DNA of 61,447 bases from Gammaproteobacteria bacterium RIFCSPHIGHO2_02_FULL_42_13 (GTDB lineage Bacteria > Pseudomonadota > Gammaproteobacteria > UBA12402), in NCBI GenBank assembly GCA_001801405.1, contig MGXQ01000012.1, positions 156 to 61,602 of the forward strand, written 5' to 3'. Position numbers and translations under genes: made by a program. Shown in pieces: positions 19,923-28,806 of the stretch. The notes under the pieces are model-generated. The model saw only the letters and a list, made by a program, of their open reading frames with translations. It was not told where the DNA came from and ran no database searches. Position 1 is the stretch's first letter. Each line of letters begins with the position of its first letter.

Positions 19923-21061
19923 AATGATCTCAACACTTCATCAATAAATATGCCCGTTTTTTCTGCCGTCTTATTCCAAGAATAATTTTTTGCCCGTTGA
20001 TATGCTTTTTGAGCATATTGAAAACGCAAAGATTCATCATCGAGTAACTTCTTAATCGAACAGAAAATCTCATCTGTATCAGCAACCGTAAAGTATTCGC
20101 ACGCATTCTGCAATAATTCTTGCATGGGCTGCCCCTTCAAACAAACTATCGGCAATCCCGATGCTGCCGCTTCCAACAATGTATTGCCAAAGGTTTCACA
20201 ACGAGATGCAAAAATAAACAAATCTGCTCTGCGATAAAAATCTTTGATTTTAGGATAATGCCCTCCGTCTTCATATAATACTATATTACTCTTTGGATCA
20301 AGTTTATTTAATAGCCTCTGCAACCGCCTCAGTGCGGGCGGATATGCGGCGCCCACTAAACGCAATATCACCGGATACCCACCTTTCCTTAATTTAACAA
20401 CGGCTTTAACCACCGGATCCTGCTGTTTATAAAAATCAATTGTTGAAACATATAATAATTCGAACGGATTTTCGGCATTACAATGTTTGATCGATTTTTG
20501 ATGCCGGGGTTCAACATAAAAATCTTGACTAATCCCATGAGGGATAACACAAAATTTATTCATTGTAATGTGCGTTGATTTCTGCACAGCGCTCAAACTA
20601 TAATCCGTTAAAAAAATAATGCCGCTTGCTTTTTTAAAAGATCGTATCTGCGCATATCGCAATAACAATAACCGAAAAAACCGGAAATATCCAACGTAAC
20701 TGAAAATTTCCTTCCACAAAAACGGCAACATATTTTGACACATGACAATATAAGGAACTCGTTGCGCGTAACAAATACCGCCTGGAACAAATAATATATC
20801 ACACTGTCGTTCTGCCAGTTTAGGAAATTTAAATCCCTGCCACAAACTGCGATATAAAACATGTCGATTTAATATCGGTACAAACTGCAACTGCAACCAA
20901 TTCTTTTTTGGCAACTGCGACAATAATATATCTCCGCCCCAAACAAGAACGGCATCTATCCCATAAGCACGAGGATCCATATGCTTTAATAACTCAACCA
21001 GATGCACAACCCCACCGCCACTTCGAACATTTGATGCATCAATACCTAATCTCATAAACAA
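19919..21061 (-). CDS. glycosyltransferase family 4 (GT-B)
   Basis: C-terminal FASRCETFGNTLLEAAASGLPIVC (E-x7-E). 380 aa. The stop overlaps the wecB ATG (ATGA). Confidence 0.75.
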   Translation of the reverse strand: MFMRLGIDASNVRSGGGVVHLVELLKHMDPRAYGIDAVLVWGGDILLSQLPKKNWLQLQFVPILNRHVLYRSLWQGFKFPKLAERQCDILFVPGGICYAQRVPYIVMCQNMLPFLWKEIFSYVGYFRFFRLLLLRYAQIRSFKKASGIIFLTDYSLSAVQKSTHITMNKFCVIPHGISQDFYVEPRHQKSIKHCNAENPFELLYVSTIDFYKQQDPVVKAVVKLRKGGYPVILRLVGAAYPPALRRLQRLLNKLDPKSNIVLYEDGGHYPKIKDFYRRADLFIFASRCETFGNTLLEAAASGLPIVCLKGQPMQELLQNACEYFTVADTDEIFCSIKKLLDDESLRFQYAQKAYQRAKNYSWNKTAEKTGIFIDEVLRSL

Positions 21062-23130
21062 ACAAACTCCCCCAACAACGAATACGCATCGCCCCTCACG
21101 CCCTGTTTAAAATGGCTAATCGCCTGCGTATTTTTCACATCAACGCCACCTAAATCAAAATAAGAACAATGAATGGATTTTAATTCCAAAATAGCGTGCC
21201 ATAACAATAAATTATTGACATGAATTTTTCGGCCAGCCTCACCATTCCAACCCACAAAATAGGTAGCGGTTTGTCCATGTCGATACACCAAGATGCCCGC
21301 AACATATTCACCTTGATATTTTGCGCGCAACGTCACAAAACACTCTGGATCGAGAGCCTGTTGAGACATATAATGAATAAGCTTTTCTGAAACACCCGAA
21401 AAATCTTTGCTTTCTTTAAAATCATGATATTTTTTTAATAGCCAAGTCAATGCATCCGCGCCATATTCAACTTCAACCGAAACCTCTAACTTTTCTGCGG
21501 AACAGAGTTGATTTCGCCATTTTCCCGCCAATTGTTTACGCAGCAAATCTTCCGATTGAGATAAATCTATCGTCACTGAAGAATAAGGTTGTTTCTTCAC
21601 GTGATAATAGCCTAAAAGCGACAATAAATAATAATGATTAATATCCTCAGATAACTCTGGCGCAATACTTAAAACTTTTCTACTTAAGATGCCAGAAAAT
21701 CTTTTTTTCAATAAAGATAAACAGGCTATTTTATCAAGATACCCTACGCTTGATGACAGCCAAACAGGCCCTCGATTAATGCGATACAAACAAAACAAAC
21801 CAAAAAGCTTCTTTTGCAATAATTGACAAACAGCAACGGGCACTTGATTTTTCAATATAATTAAATGGCTCACGCCCCACGCTTCTTCATGTTGCTTCGC
21901 CTCACCATATAAAGCTGACTGTAACAAATTAGAATATTGGACATGATGAAACAGTTTTTTATACTCGTCCGAATGATCTCCCATCAATGAATACATGGGC
22001 AGAATACATTTTAACTTAGACTTTATGTTCTTTTTAAGATAGCGCTTAAAGTAACGAGACAATGATAACGACTGATGCACCGGAAATGCAACCATAGCAG
22101 AGTAAAACCGTATGGCATCAACATGCAAAGAGTGCTCATTCATCACTTCCGGCGGCAAATCAGGCCATTTTTGCATCAAGCATGTTAACGCCCTGTTAAA
22201 CCCATGCTGTTCAATACCAGTAAAAACAGCCAAATACGGAATATGTTTGTCATCCCCCAACAAATACCCCTTCCCATCAAGATTTATCAGCATATCATAA
22301 AATTGACGATTTTCACGCCGCCGCTTTTTAATGGCATCAATATCTTGCAATTCAATATACAATAATTTTTTTACAAATGGATGCATGGCGGACAAAGTTG
22401 AATAACGCTGTACGGATGTTTGTGCCGGCGTTTTACTATAGGTAAAAAACAAAGGGATAACTTTCTGAATCAATCGTTTTAAAATCCACGGAAAAACAGC
22501 CGGCGCATGATAAGCAAAACATTTTATAACGTTAGTCATTATCTCTGCCGAATTGTTCAGACTTGGATATAATCGCTTAATTTTTTTCGGAGACATCACA
22601 CAAATCGAACCCTGCGGAACCGCTAATAATTTATGGGGGCTATAAAGCGTAAAATGCCCCGCGCTCCCGATTTCATCTGTTGGACAAAGCACATGAGCAG
22701 CATCCTCGACAATTAACGATTGATATTGCTCGCAAAATCGTTTGGCTCCAACAAGATCCGATGGTTGTCCAAAATAATGCACTAACACAAAAATATCTGG
22801 CTTAGCCATTTTCGCTAACGCATGACATAAATCCCATTTTGGCATTAAATCTTTGTCGACAGAGTAAAACTTGATCGTCGCTGATGTGGCGCGCACCAAA
22901 CTCAACGCTTCATTACAAAAATAATCCGGAAACCAAATAACTGGCGACGCATCAAACGCTTTCTGCCACCAAAGCACAATCGCTTTTAACGCCCAACTCG
23001 AGCGTGATAACCAAAAAGATTTTCCTCCCAACGTTTGCCAATATGCCGATAACTGATCGTCGGATGGAACACTTTTAAAAATAGCTAAAAGCAAATTTTT
23101 TAATTTTGGCAGCGGTGCCTGCGTCAACAT
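21052..23130 (-). CDS. fusion protein: DegT/DnrJ/EryC1-like PLP-fold domain plus FemAB/GNAT-like aminoacyl/acyl-transferase domain
   Basis: The N-terminal half has VEDAAHVL and a Schiff-base-lysine-like context, LYSPHKLLAVPQGS. The C-terminal half has ATYFVGWNGEAGRKIHVNNLLLWHAILELKSIHCSYFDLGGV, the signature region of the FemAB / peptidoglycan-bridge family. Confidence 0.6.
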   Translation of the reverse strand: MLTQAPLPKLKNLLLAIFKSVPSDDQLSAYWQTLGGKSFWLSRSSWALKAIVLWWQKAFDASPVIWFPDYFCNEALSLVRATSATIKFYSVDKDLMPKWDLCHALAKMAKPDIFVLVHYFGQPSDLVGAKRFCEQYQSLIVEDAAHVLCPTDEIGSAGHFTLYSPHKLLAVPQGSICVMSPKKIKRLYPSLNNSAEIMTNVIKCFAYHAPAVFPWILKRLIQKVIPLFFTYSKTPAQTSVQRYSTLSAMHPFVKKLLYIELQDIDAIKKRRRENRQFYDMLINLDGKGYLLGDDKHIPYLAVFTGIEQHGFNRALTCLMQKWPDLPPEVMNEHSLHVDAIRFYSAMVAFPVHQSLSLSRYFKRYLKKNIKSKLKCILPMYSLMGDHSDEYKKLFHHVQYSNLLQSALYGEAKQHEEAWGVSHLIILKNQVPVAVCQLLQKKLFGLFCLYRINRGPVWLSSSVGYLDKIACLSLLKKRFSGILSRKVLSIAPELSEDINHYYLLSLLGYYHVKKQPYSSVTIDLSQSEDLLRKQLAGKWRNQLCSAEKLEVSVEVEYGADALTWLLKKYHDFKESKDFSGVSEKLIHYMSQQALDPECFVTLRAKYQGEYVAGILVYRHGQTATYFVGWNGEAGRKIHVNNLLLWHAILELKSIHCSYFDLGGVDVKNTQAISHFKQGVRGDAYSLLGEFVCL

Positions 23131-24887
23131 AATTTTTCCATCATCGAATCTAATTTTTCTCGTGCACGCCTATAATGAAATCTCAAGCCGCCCTCTGCTA
23201 AAAAACGCGCATAATGAACACCCAAACCAAGATCCATAGATTCGCGATAAAATACGCGGGACCGCGCACAATAGTTGCCTCGAACACCAGAATAAACATA
23301 TCGATAATGCTTTAATGCCAAAGATAATGCAACAGAATTAATGCTATCAACATCCCCCAGTGGATACGCAAAATGCTCAATCGATTGTTGCAATTGCGCT
23401 TCTAATATTTTTTTGCTTTGCGCCACTTCATAAAACAACTCTTCCGGCGATATAATTTTCGATAAACACGCATGCGTCATCGTATGCGAACCAATCGTAT
23501 GACCCGATCGAATAAGCCAGCGCAAATCGTCCCAGCTCATCGGCGCCATATCACCCGAAATATCCATCGCACGAAGCCGCAGTCGATTTTGCATAAACGC
23601 TATTTGCATTACACGATCAGCACAATCCACAAAACTCGGCGGTACAAAAAATAACGCTTTAATGTTAAGCGGGGTTAAAATTTCTTTCGCTACATGAAAA
23701 TTTGACTTAAATCCATCATCAAAACTTAATAGCAATTGGTGTCCAACAACCGTTTTATCTCCCCGTGCAATTTGCTCAAATTCATTCGGCGTAATCAATT
23801 GATAATGTTTTTGCAAAAATTGCATTTGTGCCCTGAAAGAATCAAACAAATGGTTTGGAATATCATGATAAAGCAAAATGCTTAAAGAATTATTCAGCAA
23901 CGGATTAACCACTGACCGGCAACGCTTAAGCCCCAATAAAAAAGGCAATGAATAGGCGAGTACATGACGAAATCGCATGAGCATTTCCCACATTAACCTA
24001 CCTAAACACACGCACATATGAACCCACGCTTTCCATGAAAACGGATTATAGCTAATCGCACGACGTAAATATTTACTCACTTGACGATATGGATCACCAT
24101 TTTTCATGAGCATTTTTCCACACATCCTATTTGCATTGGCGTAACAGTTTCTCATCAAAAAACGATAATATATATTTTTCGGTTGCCAATCCCTAAAATG
24201 CCGATCAAACAAACAGGTTACATGCGCGCAATGTTTTTCAATTTTTGCCGAAAAGCTGTCGTCGTGTATTCTAAAATATCCCAAAACATCATGCAAAAAA
24301 ACCATCTTACAACTCTTGCGCGCTAAGCGAAGCCACAAATCATAGTCTTCTACGCCCGCCAAACACGGTTCCTCAGAAAAACCATTAACACGCAAAAGAC
24401 TATTTTTTTTGAGCGTCACCGCCGACGTGGATAAGGCATTGCCTTTAAACAGCAGCTTTTTATAATCGAATTGCGCGCCGTATTTTAAAACCTTTGTTTT
24501 TTTATTCCTTGCATACAACCATTCATCGTGACAAACCAAATCAACATCGGCATGTTCATTAACATAATTTAACACGATTTCTAATTTATTTGTTTCCCAC
24601 CAATCATCCGAATCCAAAAAAGCAATTAACTCTGCGCGCGCGTGGCGCACCCCCTCGTTTCTAGCCGCACCGATAATCCCTTTGTTAGCAAAATTGACCA
24701 GGGTAAAGCGCTCATCCTTCATGGACTGCACCACATCAATCGTATCATCATTCGAAAAATTATTAACGATAATCACTTCCCAATCTGGTCGCGTTTGATC
24801 AAGAATCGACTGAAGACATATTTTCAAATATTGCGCTTGATTATAAGTCGGGATAACAATGGATACTGACAACTCATGGATCATCAT
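23124..24887 (-). CDS. fusion protein: GT2 glycosyltransferase plus NodB-type polysaccharide deacetylase
   Basis: The N-terminal domain has VSIVIPTYNQAQYL and FLDSDDWW. The C-terminal domain has LLSFDDGFKSNF and GSHTMTH, which are NodB homology motifs. Confidence 0.75.
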   Translation of the reverse strand: MMIHELSVSIVIPTYNQAQYLKICLQSILDQTRPDWEVIIVNNFSNDDTIDVVQSMKDERFTLVNFANKGIIGAARNEGVRHARAELIAFLDSDDWWETNKLEIVLNYVNEHADVDLVCHDEWLYARNKKTKVLKYGAQFDYKKLLFKGNALSTSAVTLKKNSLLRVNGFSEEPCLAGVEDYDLWLRLARKSCKMVFLHDVLGYFRIHDDSFSAKIEKHCAHVTCLFDRHFRDWQPKNIYYRFLMRNCYANANRMCGKMLMKNGDPYRQVSKYLRRAISYNPFSWKAWVHMCVCLGRLMWEMLMRFRHVLAYSLPFLLGLKRCRSVVNPLLNNSLSILLYHDIPNHLFDSFRAQMQFLQKHYQLITPNEFEQIARGDKTVVGHQLLLSFDDGFKSNFHVAKEILTPLNIKALFFVPPSFVDCADRVMQIAFMQNRLRLRAMDISGDMAPMSWDDLRWLIRSGHTIGSHTMTHACLSKIISPEELFYEVAQSKKILEAQLQQSIEHFAYPLGDVDSINSVALSLALKHYRYVYSGVRGNYCARSRVFYRESMDLGLGVHYARFLAEGGLRFHYRRAREKLDSMMEKLC

Positions 24888-24892
24888 ACAAA

Positions 24893-25879
24893 TTACTTCT
24901 TAAATTTCTGGTCACAAAACAACAGCGTTTCATCAATTGCATCATCAATCTGTCGTGTTAACTCAAATCCCGTCGACTTTAACTTATCAATGTTATAGGC
25001 CAGTTTGTCTGTTTGATCAGCCGACGATTGAGCGCCTACACACAAAGGTGGTTTATAGCCGAAAAGAGTCTTGCAACGCTTCTGAATTAATTCAGCGATC
25101 TCTTTAATTTGCATCGAACATTCACCGCCTAAATTAAAAAGACCATCTTGCAGCTGATCACGCGGCAACCCAACTAAATGCGACACGGCTCTACTGACAT
25201 CGGTTAGCGTTATAAAATCGCGATATTGCAATCCCGCTGACCGCAATGTGATCTGCTTATTCATTACTGCCTGGCGACATAAATCATTCACAACAAGCGT
25301 CCATCGCCCACCAGATGCCGAAATAGGCGCACCAAATCCATTGGATAGCCGCACAACAAGTCCTTCTATTTCTTTGCGTTGAGCCGCCGCTAACACATGC
25401 TCTCCTGCCGCTTTATGCGTAACCGCATATGCCCCTACCGGTCGCGTTACGGTTAATTCATTAATCTCACCCGCCAAAGGAGCTCCATACACATGCGCTG
25501 TAGAAAAATAAATAAATCGTTTAACATTGCAATGTTTAGCACTTTCAAGTACTTTAAACGTCCCACGCTCATTCACTCTAACCGCATGTTTGGCATCCTT
25601 CGCACAATCGACTTCATGTAATGCAGCTAAATGCAAAATGACATCGATGTCCTGACATGCTCGTTCAATATCATCATCATTAACAAGATCCATCTCAACC
25701 ACGTCGCCCTTTGCGAGCCAACCTGGCTTTTGTATGCCCCGTCTATGCGTGGTTAAACGTAAATTCACCTCGGGATGATTTTTAGAAAAATATTGCGCCA
25801 CTCTGCCACCCACATAGCCCAAACCCCCTGTAATTAAAATACGCTGATGTTGCAATAATGGATCCATAGCACTACTCAT
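24893..25879 (-). CDS. NAD-dependent sugar epimerase/reductase (extended SDR)
   Basis: ILITGGLGYVGGRV and YAVTHK (YxxxK). The start is set at MSSAMD (ATG 25879), which forms an ATGA overlap with the rfbF stop. Confidence 0.75.
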   Translation of the reverse strand: MSSAMDPLLQHQRILITGGLGYVGGRVAQYFSKNHPEVNLRLTTHRRGIQKPGWLAKGDVVEMDLVNDDDIERACQDIDVILHLAALHEVDCAKDAKHAVRVNERGTFKVLESAKHCNVKRFIYFSTAHVYGAPLAGEINELTVTRPVGAYAVTHKAAGEHVLAAAQRKEIEGLVVRLSNGFGAPISASGGRWTLVVNDLCRQAVMNKQITLRSAGLQYRDFITLTDVSRAVSHLVGLPRDQLQDGLFNLGGECSMQIKEIAELIQKRCKTLFGYKPPLCVGAQSSADQTDKLAYNIDKLKSTGFELTRQIDDAIDETLLFCDQKFKK

Positions 25880-26661
25880 TCCCAAATGACCCAAGGCGCT
25901 TTACCCGCATCATACAGTCCATTTAATAAAGAATATTCGCGGTAGGTATCCATCGGTTGCCAAAAACCACCATGCTCATACAACATCATCTGCCGATCAG
26001 CGACTAATTTTTTTATCGGTTCTTGCTCAAACACCAACGCTTCGTCGTCACTTAAATAATTAAATATTTCACGACGACAGACAAAAAAACCGCCATTGAT
26101 ACAACCACCCGTGGATTGCGGTTTTTCGTTAAATTCAGTTACCAACCCCGCGGGGTCACTCATTAACTCACCAAAGCGACCCGGGGGATGCACGCCGGTC
26201 ATTGTTAAAATTTTTCCGTGGGATAAATGAAATGCGAGTAATTTATCTAAATCAATATCACCCACACCATCCCCATAGGTCAGCATAAAATGTTCGTCAT
26301 CCACGATATATTTTTTAATCCGCTTAATTCGAGCACCCGTCATTGCGTTCAACCCAGTTTCTGCCAATGTCACCTGCCAATCCGCTTCTTCATGCTTCCC
26401 ATGATATTCAACTCGCTTCGAATCTCCTAAAAAAACAGTATAATCACACATATGTGCTTTGTAATTACGAAAAAAATCCTTAATCACATCGGACTGATAT
26501 CCTAAACACAGCACAAATTCTTTATGATTCCAGCACGCATAGTATTTCATGATATGCCAAAGAATTGGAAAAGAACCAACCGGAATCATTGGTTTAGGAA
26601 TATTCTCCACAACACCACGAATTCTCGTGCCTTGACCTCCACATAAAATAACCGTTTTCAT
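25876..26661 (-). CDS. rfbF: glucose-1-phosphate cytidylyltransferase
   Basis: MKTVILCGGQGTRIRG...IPKPMIPVG..PILWHIM. The 261-aa length is typical of RfbF/DdhA. Confidence 0.88.
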   Translation of the reverse strand: MKTVILCGGQGTRIRGVVENIPKPMIPVGSFPILWHIMKYYACWNHKEFVLCLGYQSDVIKDFFRNYKAHMCDYTVFLGDSKRVEYHGKHEEADWQVTLAETGLNAMTGARIKRIKKYIVDDEHFMLTYGDGVGDIDLDKLLAFHLSHGKILTMTGVHPPGRFGELMSDPAGLVTEFNEKPQSTGGCINGGFFVCRREIFNYLSDDEALVFEQEPIKKLVADRQMMLYEHGGFWQPMDTYREYSLLNGLYDAGKAPWVIWE

Positions 26662-27572
26662 TGAAGCTCCTTTTTTAATCGTCTCATGATATTTCTCGAA
26701 AATAGAGCAGCAAGCTTCACATAGCCATTGTGATTTTTACGCATCAACGACCATAACACATGCCACGAACCCACATCCGACCAACCAGCATCTAGCGGCA
26801 CAATCACAGCATCTGTTGTTTTTTCCATGACTGCATAATCGATGGATTCTTTTTTACATGCCGCAAATAGTGTTTCATCTAAATAAATATGTGATGCTTC
26901 ACGTCGGCTGTTTTTTAATGCTTCTCGACAAATTTTATAAATGTCAGGAGCATGCATTTCAATGGCGTGTAAAACAATAGATGCTCGAAATAAAAACATG
27001 CCACTATTCCAATAATACCCCCCTTGCGCTAAATATTGTTCAGCCAATTGTTGCGGCGGTTTTTCTACAAATCGTTTAATAACATAGGCATCCTCACAAC
27101 GCTCCCCTGTTTGAATATAACCATAACCTGTTTCCGGTGCATGAGGCACAATGCCAAACGTCACTAATTTATTCTTTTCTGCGTGAGCACAAGCAATCGC
27201 TATCGCTTTATAAAAAATGTCCTGATTCTGAATCAAATGATCAGAAGGCAATACAAATAAAATAGGATCTTGGCCATTTTCCATCGCCCTTAAAGCAGCA
27301 ATCGCAATCGCTGGCGCCGTGTTGCGTCCAACCGGTTCTAAAATGATAGTCGCTTGAGCACCCATCAATTGCTCATCCAATAAAGCGCGATGCGACAGAC
27401 TACCTATCACCATTGGCGAAGACATCGCTGGATACTGCGCAATACGATTCATCGTTTCTTGTAATAAGCTTTTGTCGCTAAACAGGGGCAGAAATTGCTT
27501 CGGTCGTTTCGGCGTAGATAAAGGCCTTAAACGCTCGCCTATTCCACCGGCTAATATGACAGGTATCAACAT
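26658..27572 (-). CDS. mannose-1-phosphate guanylyltransferase-like nucleotidyltransferase (short form, no C-terminal cupin/PMI domain)
   Basis: IPVILAGGIGERLRPLS..RPKQFLPL, GYGYIQ, FVEKP, WNSGMFLF and WSDVGSW. The protein is only 304 aa and ends shortly after the NTP-transferase domain. Confidence 0.75.
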   Translation of the reverse strand: MLIPVILAGGIGERLRPLSTPKRPKQFLPLFSDKSLLQETMNRIAQYPAMSSPMVIGSLSHRALLDEQLMGAQATIILEPVGRNTAPAIAIAALRAMENGQDPILFVLPSDHLIQNQDIFYKAIAIACAHAEKNKLVTFGIVPHAPETGYGYIQTGERCEDAYVIKRFVEKPPQQLAEQYLAQGGYYWNSGMFLFRASIVLHAIEMHAPDIYKICREALKNSRREASHIYLDETLFAACKKESIDYAVMEKTTDAVIVPLDAGWSDVGSWHVLWSLMRKNHNGYVKLAALFSRNIMRRLKKELQ

Positions 27573-27598
27573 AGAATTTTGCTCGCGAAAAAAGCACT

Positions 27599-27627
27599 AT
27601 TTTACTGTATCAACAGGGGAATGCCAA
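27599..27627 (-). promoter_or_regulatory. candidate sigma70-type promoter (TTGGCA-17 nt-TAAAAT) upstream of the manC-like gene
   Basis: The minus strand reads TTGGCA ttcccctgttgatacag TAAAAT. It lies in the 165-bp gap between the GT2 stop (27738) and the ATG at 27572. Pattern match only. Confidence 0.35.
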
Positions 27628-27707
27628 GAAAAGCTCAAGCATATCTATCCCCTTCATAATCGGCCGGGTAAATATTATCCGACTTCTTGTTGCTCCAGCG
27701 CCCTTGA

Positions 27708-27727
27708 CTCCGCTGCAAGCAGCGGAG
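27708..27727. repeat. 9-bp-stem palindrome, CTCCGCTGC-AA-GCAGCGGAG
   Basis: A perfect inverted repeat just downstream of the GT2 stop. The core CCGCTGCAAGCAG also occurs, in reverse complement, in the hairpin at 40043-40063. Confidence 0.6.
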
Positions 27728-27737
27728 ATTTCTTACT

Positions 27738-28661
27738 TTAAAAACCCGCTCGTTTATCCCACAAATAACAGAATAATTTTTGCCCTAGAAAACTTAAGCA
27801 ATATAGAAGAAAAAAAGACTTACTCTTAAGCAAATAGGGTCTCAATAGCAAACGACATTGTTTTGCCTGACCTACGCGCATGCAAGATAACGCCTCTAAC
27901 CATGTAATATGTCGACGATATGATGTTATTTCTTCACTAAATTGATCTTTAAAATTCTCATTTAATGCCATCAATTTATCTAAAACCAGACTACTTTCCT
28001 TTGCAAACAATTCATGTCGCCTAAATGTATCACTGTTTTTATGCACACGCCATCTCGAGAGCGGCTCATTCACACAGTCAATAGGATACTCATAAGCAAT
28101 TCTCAAAAACAAATCAGCATCTTCCATTACATGCAAGCGTGGATCAAACCACTCTGGCAATTTATCCAAAATTGACCGCAAAATAATAACTGTTTCAATA
28201 TCCAAAAAATAATTGGCAAACAATTCTTTAAACACATTTCCACAAAGCGTTTTTTTATCGTGATATAAGCGTCGAATATTTCCCCGCTCATTAAAAAAAT
28301 ACGAGTCCGAATAAACCATCCCTAACGATGGATTTTTCTCTAACAATGCAACTTGTTTTTCTAATTTCGTTGGCAACCATAAATCATCACAATCTAAAAA
28401 AGCAATATATTTTCCATGACATTGCTCCAATGCTAAATTCCTAGCCGCCCCGAGCGAAACATGTTGATTTCCTAAAAAATACAGCAGCTTGTCATCATAA
28501 GATTTTGAAATCTCTGCACTACGATCTGTTGATGCATTATCCCAAAAGATAATTTCCCAATCCAAAAAAGTTTGCGCATAAACTGAATCGATCGCTTCTT
28601 TTAAATAGCGATCGCTGTTACAGCAATTCATCACAACACTGACGAGTGGTTTAGCATTCAT
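27738..28661 (-). CDS. glycosyltransferase family 2
   Basis: VSVVMNCCNSDRYL and FLDCDDLW motifs. 307 aa. Confidence 0.8.
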   Translation of the reverse strand: MNAKPLVSVVMNCCNSDRYLKEAIDSVYAQTFLDWEIIFWDNASTDRSAEISKSYDDKLLYFLGNQHVSLGAARNLALEQCHGKYIAFLDCDDLWLPTKLEKQVALLEKNPSLGMVYSDSYFFNERGNIRRLYHDKKTLCGNVFKELFANYFLDIETVIILRSILDKLPEWFDPRLHVMEDADLFLRIAYEYPIDCVNEPLSRWRVHKNSDTFRRHELFAKESSLVLDKLMALNENFKDQFSEEITSYRRHITWLEALSCMRVGQAKQCRLLLRPYLLKSKSFFLLYCLSFLGQKLFCYLWDKRAGF

Positions 28662-28804
28662 GATTTATCCCACGCATATGGAACTTGATAAGTATGTTGA
28701 TCTAAATGATCTATTTCACCTAGATCATGCGCCAAAAAAGCCCTATTAATAATAATTGATGAGTGTTTTTCAAAGGCACCCACTATGCCATAAAAATCAA
28801 TCAT
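28658..28804 (-). pseudogene. 48-codon relic of a cupin (RmlC-like) sugar epimerase gene; only the 3' end is retained
   Basis: My own translation is MIDFYGIVGAFEKHSSIIINRAFLAHDLGEIDHLDQHTYQVPYAWDKS. The segment AFLAHDLGEIDHLDQHTYQVPYAWD aligns with ASLPHDPNEVDRLDKNTQEIPYRWD at the C-terminus of the cupin CDS 40702-41187, with 13 of 25 residues identical. It starts 2 nt after the upstream stop, and its stop overlaps the GT2 ATG (ATGA). Confidence 0.55.
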
Positions 28805-28806
28805 CG

